The notes under the pieces are model-generated. The model ran no database searches. It saw only the letters and a program-made list of their open reading frames with translations, and was not told the DNA's origin. From an uncultured Fusicatenibacter sp. (GTDB lineage: Bacteria; Bacillota; Clostridia; Lachnospirales; Lachnospiraceae), in assembly GCA_902493585.1 (NCBI GenBank), contig CABUPZ010000003.1, positions 19,288 to 83,287 of the forward strand: a DNA stretch of 64,000 nt, read 5' to 3'. This document shows positions 19,143 to 29,901 of the stretch, piece after piece. Both the position numbers and the translations under genes were made by a program. Every line of letters begins with the position of its first letter. Positions within the stretch are counted from its first letter, which is position 1.

Positions 19143-19841
19143 ATGAACAGAATAGGAATTATCGGGGCAATGGAGATTGAGGTTGCCAGATTAAAGGAAA
19201 TGATGACAGACGTTACCGTGACAAAGAAAGCATCCATGGAATTCAACCAGGGACTGCTCAACGGAAAACCGGTGGTCGTGGTACAGTGCGGCATCGGCAA
19301 GGTGAATGCGGGAATCTGTACACAGATCCTGGTGGATGATTTTCAGGTGGATGCGGTGATCAACACAGGCGTTGCCGGTTCCCTGAGAAATGAAATCAAC
19401 ATCGGGGATATCGTGGTTTCCACAGATGCGGTTCACCATGATATGGATGTCCGCGCGCTGGGCTACAAGAAGGGACAGATCCCGCAGATTGACGTATTCG
19501 CCTTCCCTGCGGACGAGACGATGCAGAAAGTCGCGGCGGAAGCATGCCGGGAAGTCAATCCGGATATCCAGGTATTTTCCGGACGTGTGCTCAGCGGGGA
19601 TCAGTTTATCTCTGATCATGGTGTAAAGAACGTGCTTGTGAGCGAACTGGACGGATTCTGTACAGAGATGGAAGGGGCTGCCATCGCTCAGGCGGCTTAT
19701 CTGAATCACATCCCCTGTGTGATCCTGCGTGCGATCTCCGACAAGGCGGATGACAGCGCGACGATGGATTATCCGGAATTCGAGAAAAAAGCGGCACAGC
19801 ATTGTGTCAATCTGACACAGGAAATGGTGAAACGTCTGTAA
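19143..19841 (+). CDS. mtnN: 5'-methylthioadenosine/S-adenosylhomocysteine nucleosidase
   Basis: IGIIGAM, GIGKVNA, INTGVAG, GDQF, EMEGAAIAQ, RAISDKAD. Confidence 0.95.
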   Translation: MNRIGIIGAMEIEVARLKEMMTDVTVTKKASMEFNQGLLNGKPVVVVQCGIGKVNAGICTQILVDDFQVDAVINTGVAGSLRNEINIGDIVVSTDAVHHDMDVRALGYKKGQIPQIDVFAFPADETMQKVAAEACREVNPDIQVFSGRVLSGDQFISDHGVKNVLVSELDGFCTEMEGAAIAQAAYLNHIPCVILRAISDKADDSATMDYPEFEKKAAQHCVNLTQEMVKRL

Positions 19842-19977
19842 AGCCGCCGGTTTGCAGGAAGAACGGGTTCTTTTTCAGAGAATTTGACGAACGATTTTTA
19901 TTTTCAAATCCATATTTGCAGGCTTATAATGTTCCCATGCCGGGCCGGGCAAAAAATAAAAAATAGGGGGCAAAACA

Positions 19978-20697
19978 ATGCTGCAGACATGCATGAATCA
20001 GAATCTGTTCTTGTACGCAATGATAGCAGCAGGCATCGCAGGAGTATGGTGTCTGTTCTGGAGCAACCATTTTTACAGTAAGGCGATCAAAGACCTGAAA
20101 CGGCTGGACAAGCCCAAACTGAAATGGACCAGCCAGCTTCTGCGGACGGTCAGGGAACGGAAGGAGCCGATTGCCAATATGGGCGCGTTTCTGCGAAGCC
20201 AGATGGCAGGAGGACGGAGCGCCGGCGTCGGGGTGCAGGCCCTGAAAGCGGGGAGTCAGAATGCGGCGGCGGTCACTTTTGCGATCCTGGCGTTCAGTAT
20301 TCTTGTGATGTATCTCTATGAGTATGAGACGTATCTCTGGGTTCAGTATGCAGTGGCAGGAGGCGTGATCATCTGCGGGCTTCTGCTTTTACGGATAAAT
20401 TTTGATTTCTCCGGGAAAGAGGAAATCCTTCTGGACGGATGGACCGATTACCTGGAAAATCAGATGCAGCTCGGTGTACAGCCTGTTGAGGTACCTGCAG
20501 CGGCTGAGGAGAACAGGAAAAAGAAAACGGCGGCTCAGCGAAGGGAGGCTGCCCGGGAGATGAAAGAGGAAGAGCAGATCAGCCAGGTGCGGGAGGGTAT
20601 CCGTCAGACCGCCGCGGCTGACAGCCGTTTCTCCGGAATGCTCACGCCGGAGGAAGAGAAGCTGATGCGGGAGATTATCCGGGAGTATATGAAATAA
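19978..20697 (+). CDS. hypothetical membrane protein (about 3 TM, charged C-terminus)
   Basis: 239-aa ORF with AGGGGG RBS and native codon usage. Confidence 0.7.
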   Translation: MLQTCMNQNLFLYAMIAAGIAGVWCLFWSNHFYSKAIKDLKRLDKPKLKWTSQLLRTVRERKEPIANMGAFLRSQMAGGRSAGVGVQALKAGSQNAAAVTFAILAFSILVMYLYEYETYLWVQYAVAGGVIICGLLLLRINFDFSGKEEILLDGWTDYLENQMQLGVQPVEVPAAAEENRKKKTAAQRREAAREMKEEEQISQVREGIRQTAAADSRFSGMLTPEEEKLMREIIREYMK

Positions 20698-20873
20698 AAC
20701 ATCCGGAATCTTTCAGAGTTTGGAGTATCAGGAATTTTATGGTTCTGAGACTTGATAAAAAAGAGTGAATTTGCTACACTTATTCATATAGATTTGTCAT
20801 TGTTCACAGCTGTTCCGTTCCTTTGAAGAATGTTGAACAGTTAAAATATAATCATGCAAAGGAGTAAAGTGTT

Positions 20874-22223
20874 ATGGGAGCAAAAGTAACATTCGATTAT
20901 TCAAAAGAGGCAGGATTTATCCGTGAAAATGAAATGGCGTCTTTCGAGCAGATTGCCAATTCCGCAAAAGAAGTCCTGGTATCCAGAAGCGGACAGGGCA
21001 ACGATTTCCTCGGATGGATCGATCTGCCGGTGGATTATGATAAAGAGGAGTTCGCACGCATCAAAGAAGCAGCAAAACAGATCCAGAGCGATTCGGAAGT
21101 TCTGCTGGTGATCGGTATCGGCGGTTCTTATCTGGGCGCGCGTGCGGCCATCGAATTTCTCCGCCATGGCTTCTACAATAACATTACCAAGGGGCAGAGA
21201 AAAACTCCGGAGATTTATTTCGTTGGAAACAGCATTTCCAGCAGCTATATCCAGGGACTGATCGATGTGATCGGAGACCGTGATTTCTCCATCAATATGA
21301 TCTCCAAATCCGGAACCACCACAGAGCCGGCAATCGCGTTCCGTGTATTCAAAGAGATCCTGGAGAAGAAATATGGCAAGGAAGGCGCGGCGAAACGTAT
21401 CTACGCTACCACAGACAAGGCAAAGGGAGCCCTGAAGCATGTAGCGGATGAAGAGGGATACGCCACGTTCGTGGTGCCGGATGATGTGGGAGGACGTTTC
21501 TCTGTTCTGACAGCAGTAGGCCTTCTGCCGATCGCGGTATCCGGCGCGGATATCGACCAGCTGATGGCAGGCGCTGCTTCCGGAAGAGAGCTTGCTCTGA
21601 ATACTCCGTTTGCAGAAAACGATGCGATGAAATATGCGGCAGTCCGCAATATCCTGCACCGCAAAGGCAAAGCGGTGGAAATCCTGTGCAACTATGAGCC
21701 GAGTCTCCACTATGTATCTGAGTGGTGGAAACAGCTGTTCGGCGAGAGTGAAGGCAAGGATCAGAAAGGAATCTTCCCGGCTTCCGTAGACCTGACCACA
21801 GATCTTCATTCCATGGGACAGTTTATTCAGGATGGTTCCAGAATTATGTTTGAAACCGTTATGAATGTGGAGAAATCCCGTGTGGAACTGACCATCGGCG
21901 AGGAACCGGTGGATCTGGATGGTCTGAACTATCTGGCAGGAAAGACCATTGATTTCGTAAATAAGAGCGCAATGAACGGAACCATCCTGGCGCACACTGA
22001 TGGAAATGTGCCGAACCTGATGGTAAATATTCCGGAACAGAATGAGTTCTATCTTGGACAGCTGTTCTACTTCTTTGAGTTTGCATGCGGCGTCAGCGGT
22101 TATGTATCCGGAGTCAATCCGTTCAACCAGCCGGGCGTTGAGAGTTATAAGAAGAATATGTTCGCTCTGCTTGGAAAACCAGGCTATGAGGAAGAGCGCG
22201 AAAAATTGATGAAGAGACTGTAA
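20874..22223 (+). CDS. pgi: glucose-6-phosphate isomerase
   Basis: [44 protein letters not shown]. Confidence 0.97.
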   Translation: MGAKVTFDYSKEAGFIRENEMASFEQIANSAKEVLVSRSGQGNDFLGWIDLPVDYDKEEFARIKEAAKQIQSDSEVLLVIGIGGSYLGARAAIEFLRHGFYNNITKGQRKTPEIYFVGNSISSSYIQGLIDVIGDRDFSINMISKSGTTTEPAIAFRVFKEILEKKYGKEGAAKRIYATTDKAKGALKHVADEEGYATFVVPDDVGGRFSVLTAVGLLPIAVSGADIDQLMAGAASGRELALNTPFAENDAMKYAAVRNILHRKGKAVEILCNYEPSLHYVSEWWKQLFGESEGKDQKGIFPASVDLTTDLHSMGQFIQDGSRIMFETVMNVEKSRVELTIGEEPVDLDGLNYLAGKTIDFVNKSAMNGTILAHTDGNVPNLMVNIPEQNEFYLGQLFYFFEFACGVSGYVSGVNPFNQPGVESYKKNMFALLGKPGYEEEREKLMKRL

Positions 22224-22533
22224 TTCCGGAATCCTTCCCGGTATTTCTGAATATTACAAAAAGAAATTCAGATACACGAAAAGAGACATCCTCGGAAACA
22301 GGCATGTGCAGAGCGGGCAGGAGAAGCAGGAAAGGATTCTTCCCACAAACTGTGACGTGTATTTCGCAGAAAGCGATTTTCAAACATGCTCCAGTGAGAA
22401 AGGGGAAGACCACAATACGGGAACGATGGAACGCTGTCTCCTGCCTGGAGAGCACATGGACACATAGAACTGAATAAGATTATGGAAGGGGCTGTCGGTT
22501 AATACCGATTTTTGCTCCCCCCTGATATGTAAG

Positions 22534-22603
22534 GAAGAGACCATCCTACAGAATTCGTGCTTTTTATGATTCGAATTCTTTACGGGATAGTCTCTTCTTT
22601 TTT
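22534..22603 (+). terminator. long hairpin with U-tract downstream of pgi
   Basis: gaagagaccatcc...gaattcg...cgaattc...gggatagtctcttctttttt. Confidence 0.55.
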
Positions 22604-22841
22604 CTTCTTATTTCTCGATCTTATGATGTAAAAGTGATGGTATTTCTAAACGCTATTCTTTGGCGCTGGTTGTTCTGAAAAGGCAATTGAAAAAGAGTAC
22701 TGGATATAGTATAATCAAGCCACAGATATATACAAAGCAGGTGAAATCATTCTGGAAAAGTATAGAATTGACAACTGATTATATTGGTACAATAGAAAGG
22801 AAATTTTATAATTATTTGTGACAGAGAGATGAGGCATTCGC

Positions 22842-24539
22842 ATGAGAAAAGTGGCAAAAGTACGTTCGTTGAAACAGATTTTTTTAGGGATCTTTATTTT
22901 AAGTGTGTCTTTATGCCTTGTTTTAATTGTATTTGTCACAAATTTTTCTATCCGCCTAATGTATGAATCGCGGGCAAAAACTTCTCTTACAGCAACTCTG
23001 CGAGACATCAGCTCTAGTTTGGATTCTCGGTATAATGCACTGTTGCAAATTTCACAAAATACGATTTCTACTGGAGTGATTGGAAGAAAGTATGATGATT
23101 ATCTAACTTCAGAAACCCAATATGACAAGATAACTGAATACAGAGATTTTTATGAAAGCCTGAATATTGCGATTTGGGGGGAAAGTGATATTCTTCTTGC
23201 TGCATATTTTCAACCGGGTCAGATAGAGAGTCTGGCAGATAAGGTTATATTTTCTACATTCAGCGTTTCAGAGAACTTTGATCCGGAAACACTGGAACAG
23301 CTGCTTGATACGGGAGAAATTGTATTTCAGCCAATTCATTTTACATACAATAATGTCCTTGACAAAGAAGTGGTGTCGCTCATGCGCCCCACAGAATTCA
23401 GCAACGGGCAGAAGGCCATTGTTTATTTGGAAGCGCGTTCCAACGAAATCGCATCTCTGGAGAACAGAACGGAATTGGAGCAAACCTCTTATGTATTTCT
23501 GCAGCTGGATCAGAATTTTCGTGTCAGATATAGTGATTCGGAGGAGTTTGACATTGGCAGTCGGATTACGCTGGATTCGGAGGGAATGGTTCGAGCGGCA
23601 GATTATATTGGAACGGTAGTTGAGAGTAAATATGGGTTTTACAATGTCCTTCTGATGCCGCTGAATGATTATCGTTATGAGACAAATCAATGGATGTTTG
23701 GAATTATTCTCGTCATTTTTGTATCTTTTGCGATTTTGGCAATTGTCTCTATTTCTCAGATATGGCTGATTTCTCATCCGTTGAAAGTTCTGGAGAGGGA
23801 AATGGGAAGTTTGGGAAATGGGGATTTCACCCCGTCTGCTTATAAATTAAATCTGAAGGAATTTAATCGTCTGTTTGACGCATTTAATACAATGAAACTC
23901 CAGATTCATTCTTTACTGAAGGAAAGACAGAGACAGGAAAAGGAGAAAGCGAAGCTGGAACTTGATAAGTTGATGTACCAGATTAATCCGCATTTTCTGA
24001 TGAATGCGCTGAATTCTGTACATTGGATGGCGATTTCCGGTGGGCAGAAGGAAATTGATTTGTATGTGCAGCGTCTCGGCTATATTTTAACGTATTCTCT
24101 TGGAAAAGCGGAGACCAGAACTACGCTGCGTACGGAACTGAAGTATTTGGAGAATTATCTCAAATTGCAGCAGAGTACCTATGATTTCCAGTGTATCTGG
24201 GAAGTAGAAGAGGGATCATACTTGGATCAGATCTGCGCGCGCTTTATTTTGCAGCCGATTGCGGAGAATGCGGTATGCCATAATATGAATGAATTTGGAC
24301 ATTTGTGGGTTCGGGTTTTTCCGGAAGAAAGGTCTGTCAGGATTATAATCCGTGACGATGGCAAAGGATTTGTATCTGCTGTGACAGGAGAAGAAGCAGA
24401 GCAAAAAAGCCAAGGAATTGGCCTTCGTTATGTAAAAATGTCTCTGGATTCTTTTTATGGCAATCGGGCAATTTTGAACATAGACAGTAAAACAGGGGAG
24501 GGAACAGAGGTTCAGATTGTGCTTCCCAAGGAGATGTGA
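22842..24539 (+). CDS. YesM-like sensor histidine kinase
   Basis: Two TM, HAMP, QINPHFLMNAL, LQPIAENA, DDGKG, GIGL. Confidence 0.92.
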   Translation: MRKVAKVRSLKQIFLGIFILSVSLCLVLIVFVTNFSIRLMYESRAKTSLTATLRDISSSLDSRYNALLQISQNTISTGVIGRKYDDYLTSETQYDKITEYRDFYESLNIAIWGESDILLAAYFQPGQIESLADKVIFSTFSVSENFDPETLEQLLDTGEIVFQPIHFTYNNVLDKEVVSLMRPTEFSNGQKAIVYLEARSNEIASLENRTELEQTSYVFLQLDQNFRVRYSDSEEFDIGSRITLDSEGMVRAADYIGTVVESKYGFYNVLLMPLNDYRYETNQWMFGIILVIFVSFAILAIVSISQIWLISHPLKVLEREMGSLGNGDFTPSAYKLNLKEFNRLFDAFNTMKLQIHSLLKERQRQEKEKAKLELDKLMYQINPHFLMNALNSVHWMAISGGQKEIDLYVQRLGYILTYSLGKAETRTTLRTELKYLENYLKLQQSTYDFQCIWEVEEGSYLDQICARFILQPIAENAVCHNMNEFGHLWVRVFPEERSVRIIIRDDGKGFVSAVTGEEAEQKSQGIGLRYVKMSLDSFYGNRAILNIDSKTGEGTEVQIVLPKEM

Positions 24540-24540
24540 C

Positions 24541-25611
24541 ATGTATCGTATACTGATAGTAGATGATGATAAGCTGGCAAGAAAGGGACTGATTTCGATT
24601 GTTCCCTGGGAAAAATGTGGTTTTACCGTAGTAGGAGATGTGGCGAACGGAGCGCTGGCACTGGAATTTGTGGATCAGAATCCTGTGGATTTGGCTGTGG
24701 TGGATCTTACGATGCCGGTATTGTCGGGTCTGGATTTTATTCGGGAGTGCAGGGCGAGAAATTTGAAGATGGAGTTTATTGTACTGAGTGCGCACGAAAG
24801 TTTCGACTATGTCCAGAAGGCACTGCGGCTTGGAGTTTTGGATTATATTTCAAAGCTTCAGATGGAGCAGGAGGACTGCGTGGAAATTTTTCGGCGTGCA
24901 GCAGGGTATTTGGATCGAGTCAGACAGGAGGAGCAAGAGTCTGTGCGGAAACGGAAAGATAGAGAAGAAATATCTCAAGCTTCCACAGAAACTTTTAAGA
25001 TTGACGAAATTTGCGAACAGGTCGACAGGTTCTCTTGGGTTTATAACAGAGAAGCACTGGAAGAGTTGATTGAAAGGGGAAAAAAGGAGGCGATAGATTC
25101 TTCTGCCAGATACCGTATCATGTTTCGGATGTTACATGTGGTACGACAGGTGTTTCTTGTTTCACTTTCTGAGAGGGATTATGCGTATTCTTCTCGGGAT
25201 ATGGAGTGGATGAGGGAGATTAGAGAAACGCTTTTGAAAGAAGTATTGAAGCAGGGAGAGAGTGCCACGCTGGAAGGGGCAGTACTGAAAGCGGTGATTT
25301 ATATTTTGAGAAATCTGGATTCCCCAGAGCTGAAAGCGGAATCTGCAGCAGATGTTATCGGTATGTCCAGAAGCTATTTTTCGGTTAGTTTTAAAAAATA
25401 TACCGGGTATTCGGTGAACAGCTTTATTCGTAAGGAGAGGGTGGAACTGGCAAAAAGAATTGTACAGGAGAATCCCAAGATATCTGTTGGAGACGCGGCC
25501 TGTTTGGCTGGATATCATGATGAAAAATATTTTGCGAAAGTTTTTCAGCAAAGAGAAGGAATCAGTTTTTCGGAATATAAAAAGAAAGTAGTACATAGCA
25601 CTTCTAAATAA
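24541..25611 (+). CDS. YesN-like response regulator (receiver + AraC HTH)
   Basis: ILIVDDD, DLTMP, C-terminal SRSYFSVSFKK..GYHDEKYFAKVF. Confidence 0.92.
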   Translation: MYRILIVDDDKLARKGLISIVPWEKCGFTVVGDVANGALALEFVDQNPVDLAVVDLTMPVLSGLDFIRECRARNLKMEFIVLSAHESFDYVQKALRLGVLDYISKLQMEQEDCVEIFRRAAGYLDRVRQEEQESVRKRKDREEISQASTETFKIDEICEQVDRFSWVYNREALEELIERGKKEAIDSSARYRIMFRMLHVVRQVFLVSLSERDYAYSSRDMEWMREIRETLLKEVLKQGESATLEGAVLKAVIYILRNLDSPELKAESAADVIGMSRSYFSVSFKKYTGYSVNSFIRKERVELAKRIVQENPKISVGDAACLAGYHDEKYFAKVFQQREGISFSEYKKKVVHSTSK

Positions 25612-25622
25612 TATGGTAAATC

Positions 25623-25675
25623 AAAAACTGTAGACATTTGTTTTTTGTGTATAAAACAAATGTCTACAGTTTTTT
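25623..25675. terminator. intrinsic terminator
   Basis: aaaaactgtagacatttgtttt...aaaacaaatgtctacagttttt. Confidence 0.8.
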
Positions 25676-25775
25676 AAGTGTTTGCAAATGTTCTATAAAT
25701 TTATAACATCAGACGGTGTAATTTCGTCAAAATATATAATACTATATAAATAACAGAAATGGAATTTGAATTGCA

Positions 25776-25803
25776 GCAACCGTTCAGCCGGCTGAATTGT
25801 TAC
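25776..25803. repeat. 28-bp REP-like palindrome copy
   Basis: GCAACCGTTCAGCCGGCTGAATTGTTAC, in the SBP leader. Confidence 0.75.
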
Positions 25804-25844
25804 AGTTTGCAAGTTCAAAATATAGAAAATTAAGGAGGAAAAAT

Positions 25845-27575
25845 ATGAAAGCAAAAAAATGTATCGCTCTATTACTTACAGCGTCTCTTACGGCATCGTT
25901 GTTTTCCGCCTGTGGGGCGTCAAATAACGATTCCTCTTCATCGGGAAGTGAATCGATCGGTTCATCGGCATCATCGGGAGATACAGATGTGACCGAGGAC
26001 GGAGGAGACCCTGCGTTTCAGAAATTTCCTGAGGTTGTCGAGGTTCATATCGGACAGGCAGTGAGCACCACCGATTCGCTTCCTGAAGGGCTGAGTGTTG
26101 AAAATAATCAATATACAGATTATCTTCTGGAAAACTTTAATATTAAAGTAGTCGTTGACTGGACTGCAGCTTCCGGAAATGACTATACTCAGAAAGTAGC
26201 GTTATGTATCGCCAGCAATACCCTTCCTGATGCAATGACAGTGTCAAGAGAATATATGCTGAAGGCAGCGAATGCGGGACAGTTGTATGATATTACCGAA
26301 CTGTTTCAAGAAATGCAGTCAGACCAGGTGAAAGAGGTCATGGATTCCACCGGAGGCCAGGCGATTGAGGAGAGCAGTGTGAATGGAAAGCAGTATGCAA
26401 TTCCTGCTGTCGAAGTGGAGACTGCGGGCGTTCAGGTGGTTAATGTAAGGCAGGACTGGCTGGATAAATATGGTTTGGAAGCGCCGAAAACTCTGGAAGA
26501 TGTGGAAAATATAGCAAAGGTATTTGCGGAAGAAAAACCGGCCGGAGAAGATACTGTGCCAATCGCAGGACCGGACAAGAGTACGAACAGCTATACAAAT
26601 TTTCTGGAAACGGGGACGACAACCTGTGGGTTTGATGCTGTATTTTCAGCAAATGACGCATATCCCGGTATTTTTTTAGAAGATGAAAATGGAAATGTTA
26701 CCTATGGAACGGATTCTGATGAAACTCGTGAAACTCTGGAACTCCTTGCGGATTGGTATGAAAAAGGATATATCGATCCGGAAATGGGAACAAGAGATTC
26801 TTCCATTGAATTAATCAATTCTGGAAAGGTCGGAATGTTTTTCGGTGCATGGTGGATGGTTGGATATGGAATTGGTGACGCTTACAGAAATGACCCGGAT
26901 GCCAATTGGCAGTCTTATCCGATTCTCACTGATGAAGGGAAATGGAATGTGAAACTTGGATCTGCAACAACAGGTTATTGCGTCATTAACAAAAATGTTT
27001 CTGAAGATGTTGCCAAAGCAATTATTATTATGGCGAATGTGCTGTTGAGGGATGAGAGTAAATTTGATGTGTCCGAACAGCCGCTGAGTTTTTGGCCGGT
27101 ACGTACATTGATGGCGCCTGCAGATGAATGTGAATACACATATCAGGAATTGATGAAGGTTCTTGATGGAACCACATCCCCGGAAGATTATCAGGGAGTA
27201 TCGACGGCATATAAACTTCTCGCAAGTGATGTGGCGATGGTGAAAGAGACGATACCTGGTTATGAGACGGGCAAACAATTGTCAATCAGTGATTTCAATA
27301 CGGAAAATTTCGGAAACTTCCAGAGAATGTATTCCCTAATGATCGGAGACAGACCCTACGCAACAACTCCAGTAGACAAGGAGGTCAGAAGCTGTATCTT
27401 CAGCCAAACAGAGACTATGGAGAGTAGATGGGCGAATCTGTGGTCTATGGAAAACGAGATGGTTATGAAGATTATCACAGGAAAATCGGATATCAGCGCA
27501 TATGATGAATTTATTGAAAACTGGATGAATGAAGGCGGAAGTGAAATCCTGGAGGAAGTAGCGGAACTTCAGTAG
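25845..27575 (+). CDS. carbohydrate ABC transporter solute-binding lipoprotein
   Basis: AAGGAGG RBS, lipobox FSAC, Ser-rich linker, RQDWLDKYGLEAPKT, IITGK..YDEFIENW. Confidence 0.9.
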   Translation: MKAKKCIALLLTASLTASLFSACGASNNDSSSSGSESIGSSASSGDTDVTEDGGDPAFQKFPEVVEVHIGQAVSTTDSLPEGLSVENNQYTDYLLENFNIKVVVDWTAASGNDYTQKVALCIASNTLPDAMTVSREYMLKAANAGQLYDITELFQEMQSDQVKEVMDSTGGQAIEESSVNGKQYAIPAVEVETAGVQVVNVRQDWLDKYGLEAPKTLEDVENIAKVFAEEKPAGEDTVPIAGPDKSTNSYTNFLETGTTTCGFDAVFSANDAYPGIFLEDENGNVTYGTDSDETRETLELLADWYEKGYIDPEMGTRDSSIELINSGKVGMFFGAWWMVGYGIGDAYRNDPDANWQSYPILTDEGKWNVKLGSATTGYCVINKNVSEDVAKAIIIMANVLLRDESKFDVSEQPLSFWPVRTLMAPADECEYTYQELMKVLDGTTSPEDYQGVSTAYKLLASDVAMVKETIPGYETGKQLSISDFNTENFGNFQRMYSLMIGDRPYATTPVDKEVRSCIFSQTETMESRWANLWSMENEMVMKIITGKSDISAYDEFIENWMNEGGSEILEEVAELQ

Positions 27576-27748
27576 GAATGCCTGAAATGATTTGTAAAAG
27601 ACCGGAGAATTGAAAGGTTCGGTTTGCAAAAGACAGGAGTGGCTGCCTGCGGGAAAACTGTCCTGTAGGCAGCCGTTGTTGTATGAGAATCAAGAAGTAA
27701 GTTCATCCTAATGAACGAATGCAAATCGAAAAAGGAGGAGGTTTGGCT

Positions 27749-28681
27749 ATGAAAACAGCAGCAGGATTAAAAGTGCGGCCATTTACGAAAAAAAGAAATT
27801 CAAAAACATTTTTTCACTACAATATCATGGTTGCAATCGGAATGTTGTGGTTGGTCTTTTTTAATATCGTACCCATGTTTGGGATTGTTATTGCCTTTGA
27901 GGACTATGATCCGACACAGGGATTCTGGGGATCGGAATTTGTGGGTTTAGAGCATTTTGAGTACTTATTTTCCATGAGCGACAGTCGTCGGGTAATTGTC
28001 AATACGCTGGTAATCGCAGTGTCAAAGCTGATTCTTAATATTGTTGTTCCACTGGTTTTCGCTCTGCTGCTGAATGAAGTCAGAAAACTAAAGTTTAAAA
28101 AATTTGTTCAGACTGTCGTATACCTGCCTCATTTTTTGTCATGGGTTATTCTTGCCAGTGTACTTTTGGAAATCTTTGGATATCGAGGTGTTTTTAACTC
28201 TCTGTTGTCAGTGTTCGGAGTGGAAGGGAAAATATGGTTTTCAGAAGAAAGTTATTTTCGTCAGCTTGTCATTTTTTCTGATGTATGGAAAGAATTTGGT
28301 TTTAACGCGGTCATCTATCTTGCGGCCTTGACGGGAATCAGTCCGGATTTGTATGAAGCAGCTGCAATCGACGGATGCGGACGGCTGAAGGCTGTTTGGC
28401 ATATTACCTTGCCGGGCATTGTCAGCACTATCGTAGTCATGGGTATCCTAGGATTGGGAAACGTATTGAACGCGGGATTTGATCAGATTTTCAATTTGTA
28501 CAGTCCGCTGGTATATTCTACTGGAGATATTCTGGATACATGGGTTTATCGAATGGGACTTTTGAATGTACAGTTTTCATTAGCGACGGCGGCAGGTCTG
28601 TTTAAATCGGCAATCAGTTTTCTGTTAATTGTCATATCTTATATTGTTGCGTATAAGGCGGCAAACTACAGAATCTTTTGA
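27749..28681 (+). CDS. carbohydrate ABC permease (LplB/YteP-like)
   Basis: YLPHFLSWV, LYEAAAIDG EAA loop. Confidence 0.92.
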   Translation: MKTAAGLKVRPFTKKRNSKTFFHYNIMVAIGMLWLVFFNIVPMFGIVIAFEDYDPTQGFWGSEFVGLEHFEYLFSMSDSRRVIVNTLVIAVSKLILNIVVPLVFALLLNEVRKLKFKKFVQTVVYLPHFLSWVILASVLLEIFGYRGVFNSLLSVFGVEGKIWFSEESYFRQLVIFSDVWKEFGFNAVIYLAALTGISPDLYEAAAIDGCGRLKAVWHITLPGIVSTIVVMGILGLGNVLNAGFDQIFNLYSPLVYSTGDILDTWVYRMGLLNVQFSLATAAGLFKSAISFLLIVISYIVAYKAANYRIF

Positions 28682-28700
28682 GAAAGGAGTGGATGCAGAT

Positions 28701-29585
28701 ATGATTCAGGGTAAATCGTTAGGAAGCAGAGTCTTCAACGTATTCAATACAATTCTTATGATTGTACTGGCACTTAGCTGTCTTTATCCGCTGTGGTATA
28801 CTTTCTGTCTTTCTATTTCTGACAAAGCGGCGGCAAATTCAGGAATGGTAACGATATATCCCATAGGTTTTTCCTTGGCTTCCTATCAGGAAATCATGGG
28901 CGATATACAATTTTTCAAATCTTTCCTGATCTCTGTAGAGAGAACGGTATTTGGAACCATCGTAACGATTCTGATTCTGGCGATATTTGCTTATCCGCTA
29001 TCCAAACCGGCTAGTGAATATCGTCCTAAAAACGTGATCATGTGGATTGTAGTTTTCTGTATGCTCTTCAATGGAGGAACCATTCCCTGGTATATCACAA
29101 TGGTAAATTACGGAATGATTGACAGTATGATTGGTTTGATCCTTTGCGGAGGAGTTCCTGTTTTTAATTTAATCCTCCTGATTAACTTTTATCGGGGACT
29201 TCCCAAGGAATTGATGGAAGCTGCCCAGATTGATGGTGCAGGAGTCTGGACGATTCTTTTTAAGGTGGTGATTCCCTGTTCTGTTCCGATTTTAGCAACA
29301 CTCGTTCTGTTTACCAGTGTGGGTTACTGGAATGAATATTTCCAAGGACTTGTTTTGTCCAGCAATGAATCCCACTATCCCTTACAGACCTACATAAAAC
29401 AGATGGTTGTGAATGTCCAAACAACCAATTTGTCGATGGATCAGATAGAAAAAATGGATCAATTGTCCAATAAATCCTTAAATGCTGCTAAAGTTTTCAT
29501 TGCTATGATTCCCATGCTTCTGGTTTACCCGTTCCTTCAGAAATACTTCATCAGCGGAATCATGCTGGGCGCAGTGAAAGAATGA
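28701..29585 (+). CDS. carbohydrate ABC permease (LplC/YtcP-like)
   Basis: FNGGTIP, ELMEAAQIDGA, YPFLQKYF. Confidence 0.92.
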   Translation: MIQGKSLGSRVFNVFNTILMIVLALSCLYPLWYTFCLSISDKAAANSGMVTIYPIGFSLASYQEIMGDIQFFKSFLISVERTVFGTIVTILILAIFAYPLSKPASEYRPKNVIMWIVVFCMLFNGGTIPWYITMVNYGMIDSMIGLILCGGVPVFNLILLINFYRGLPKELMEAAQIDGAGVWTILFKVVIPCSVPILATLVLFTSVGYWNEYFQGLVLSSNESHYPLQTYIKQMVVNVQTTNLSMDQIEKMDQLSNKSLNAAKVFIAMIPMLLVYPFLQKYFISGIMLGAVKE

Positions 29586-29901
29586 ACAGGTCGGTTATGA
29601 AAACAGGAAGTTGAAAAGCTTTTTCAAATGAGACATTGCTTTTATGAGGGATCCGAAATTTAATGCTTTAAGGTAATTGTAAATATGATTGCAATGATGT
29701 ATATTGTTTATAATAGTTCCTTGTTTGGGTGAGTATGTTGTTTGGTAATACTTCAATGATATATCATTCATCAGAGGGTGTCTGCTCTTTTGTGCAATAT
29801 TGGGAGGTTGTTCATTCATAGCTTCTGAAAAAGAGGTGGAAAGTTAGATGTAGCGGCTGACACAAAAGAGAAAAGACAGAAGAAAATGGGAGGCAAAAAC
29901 T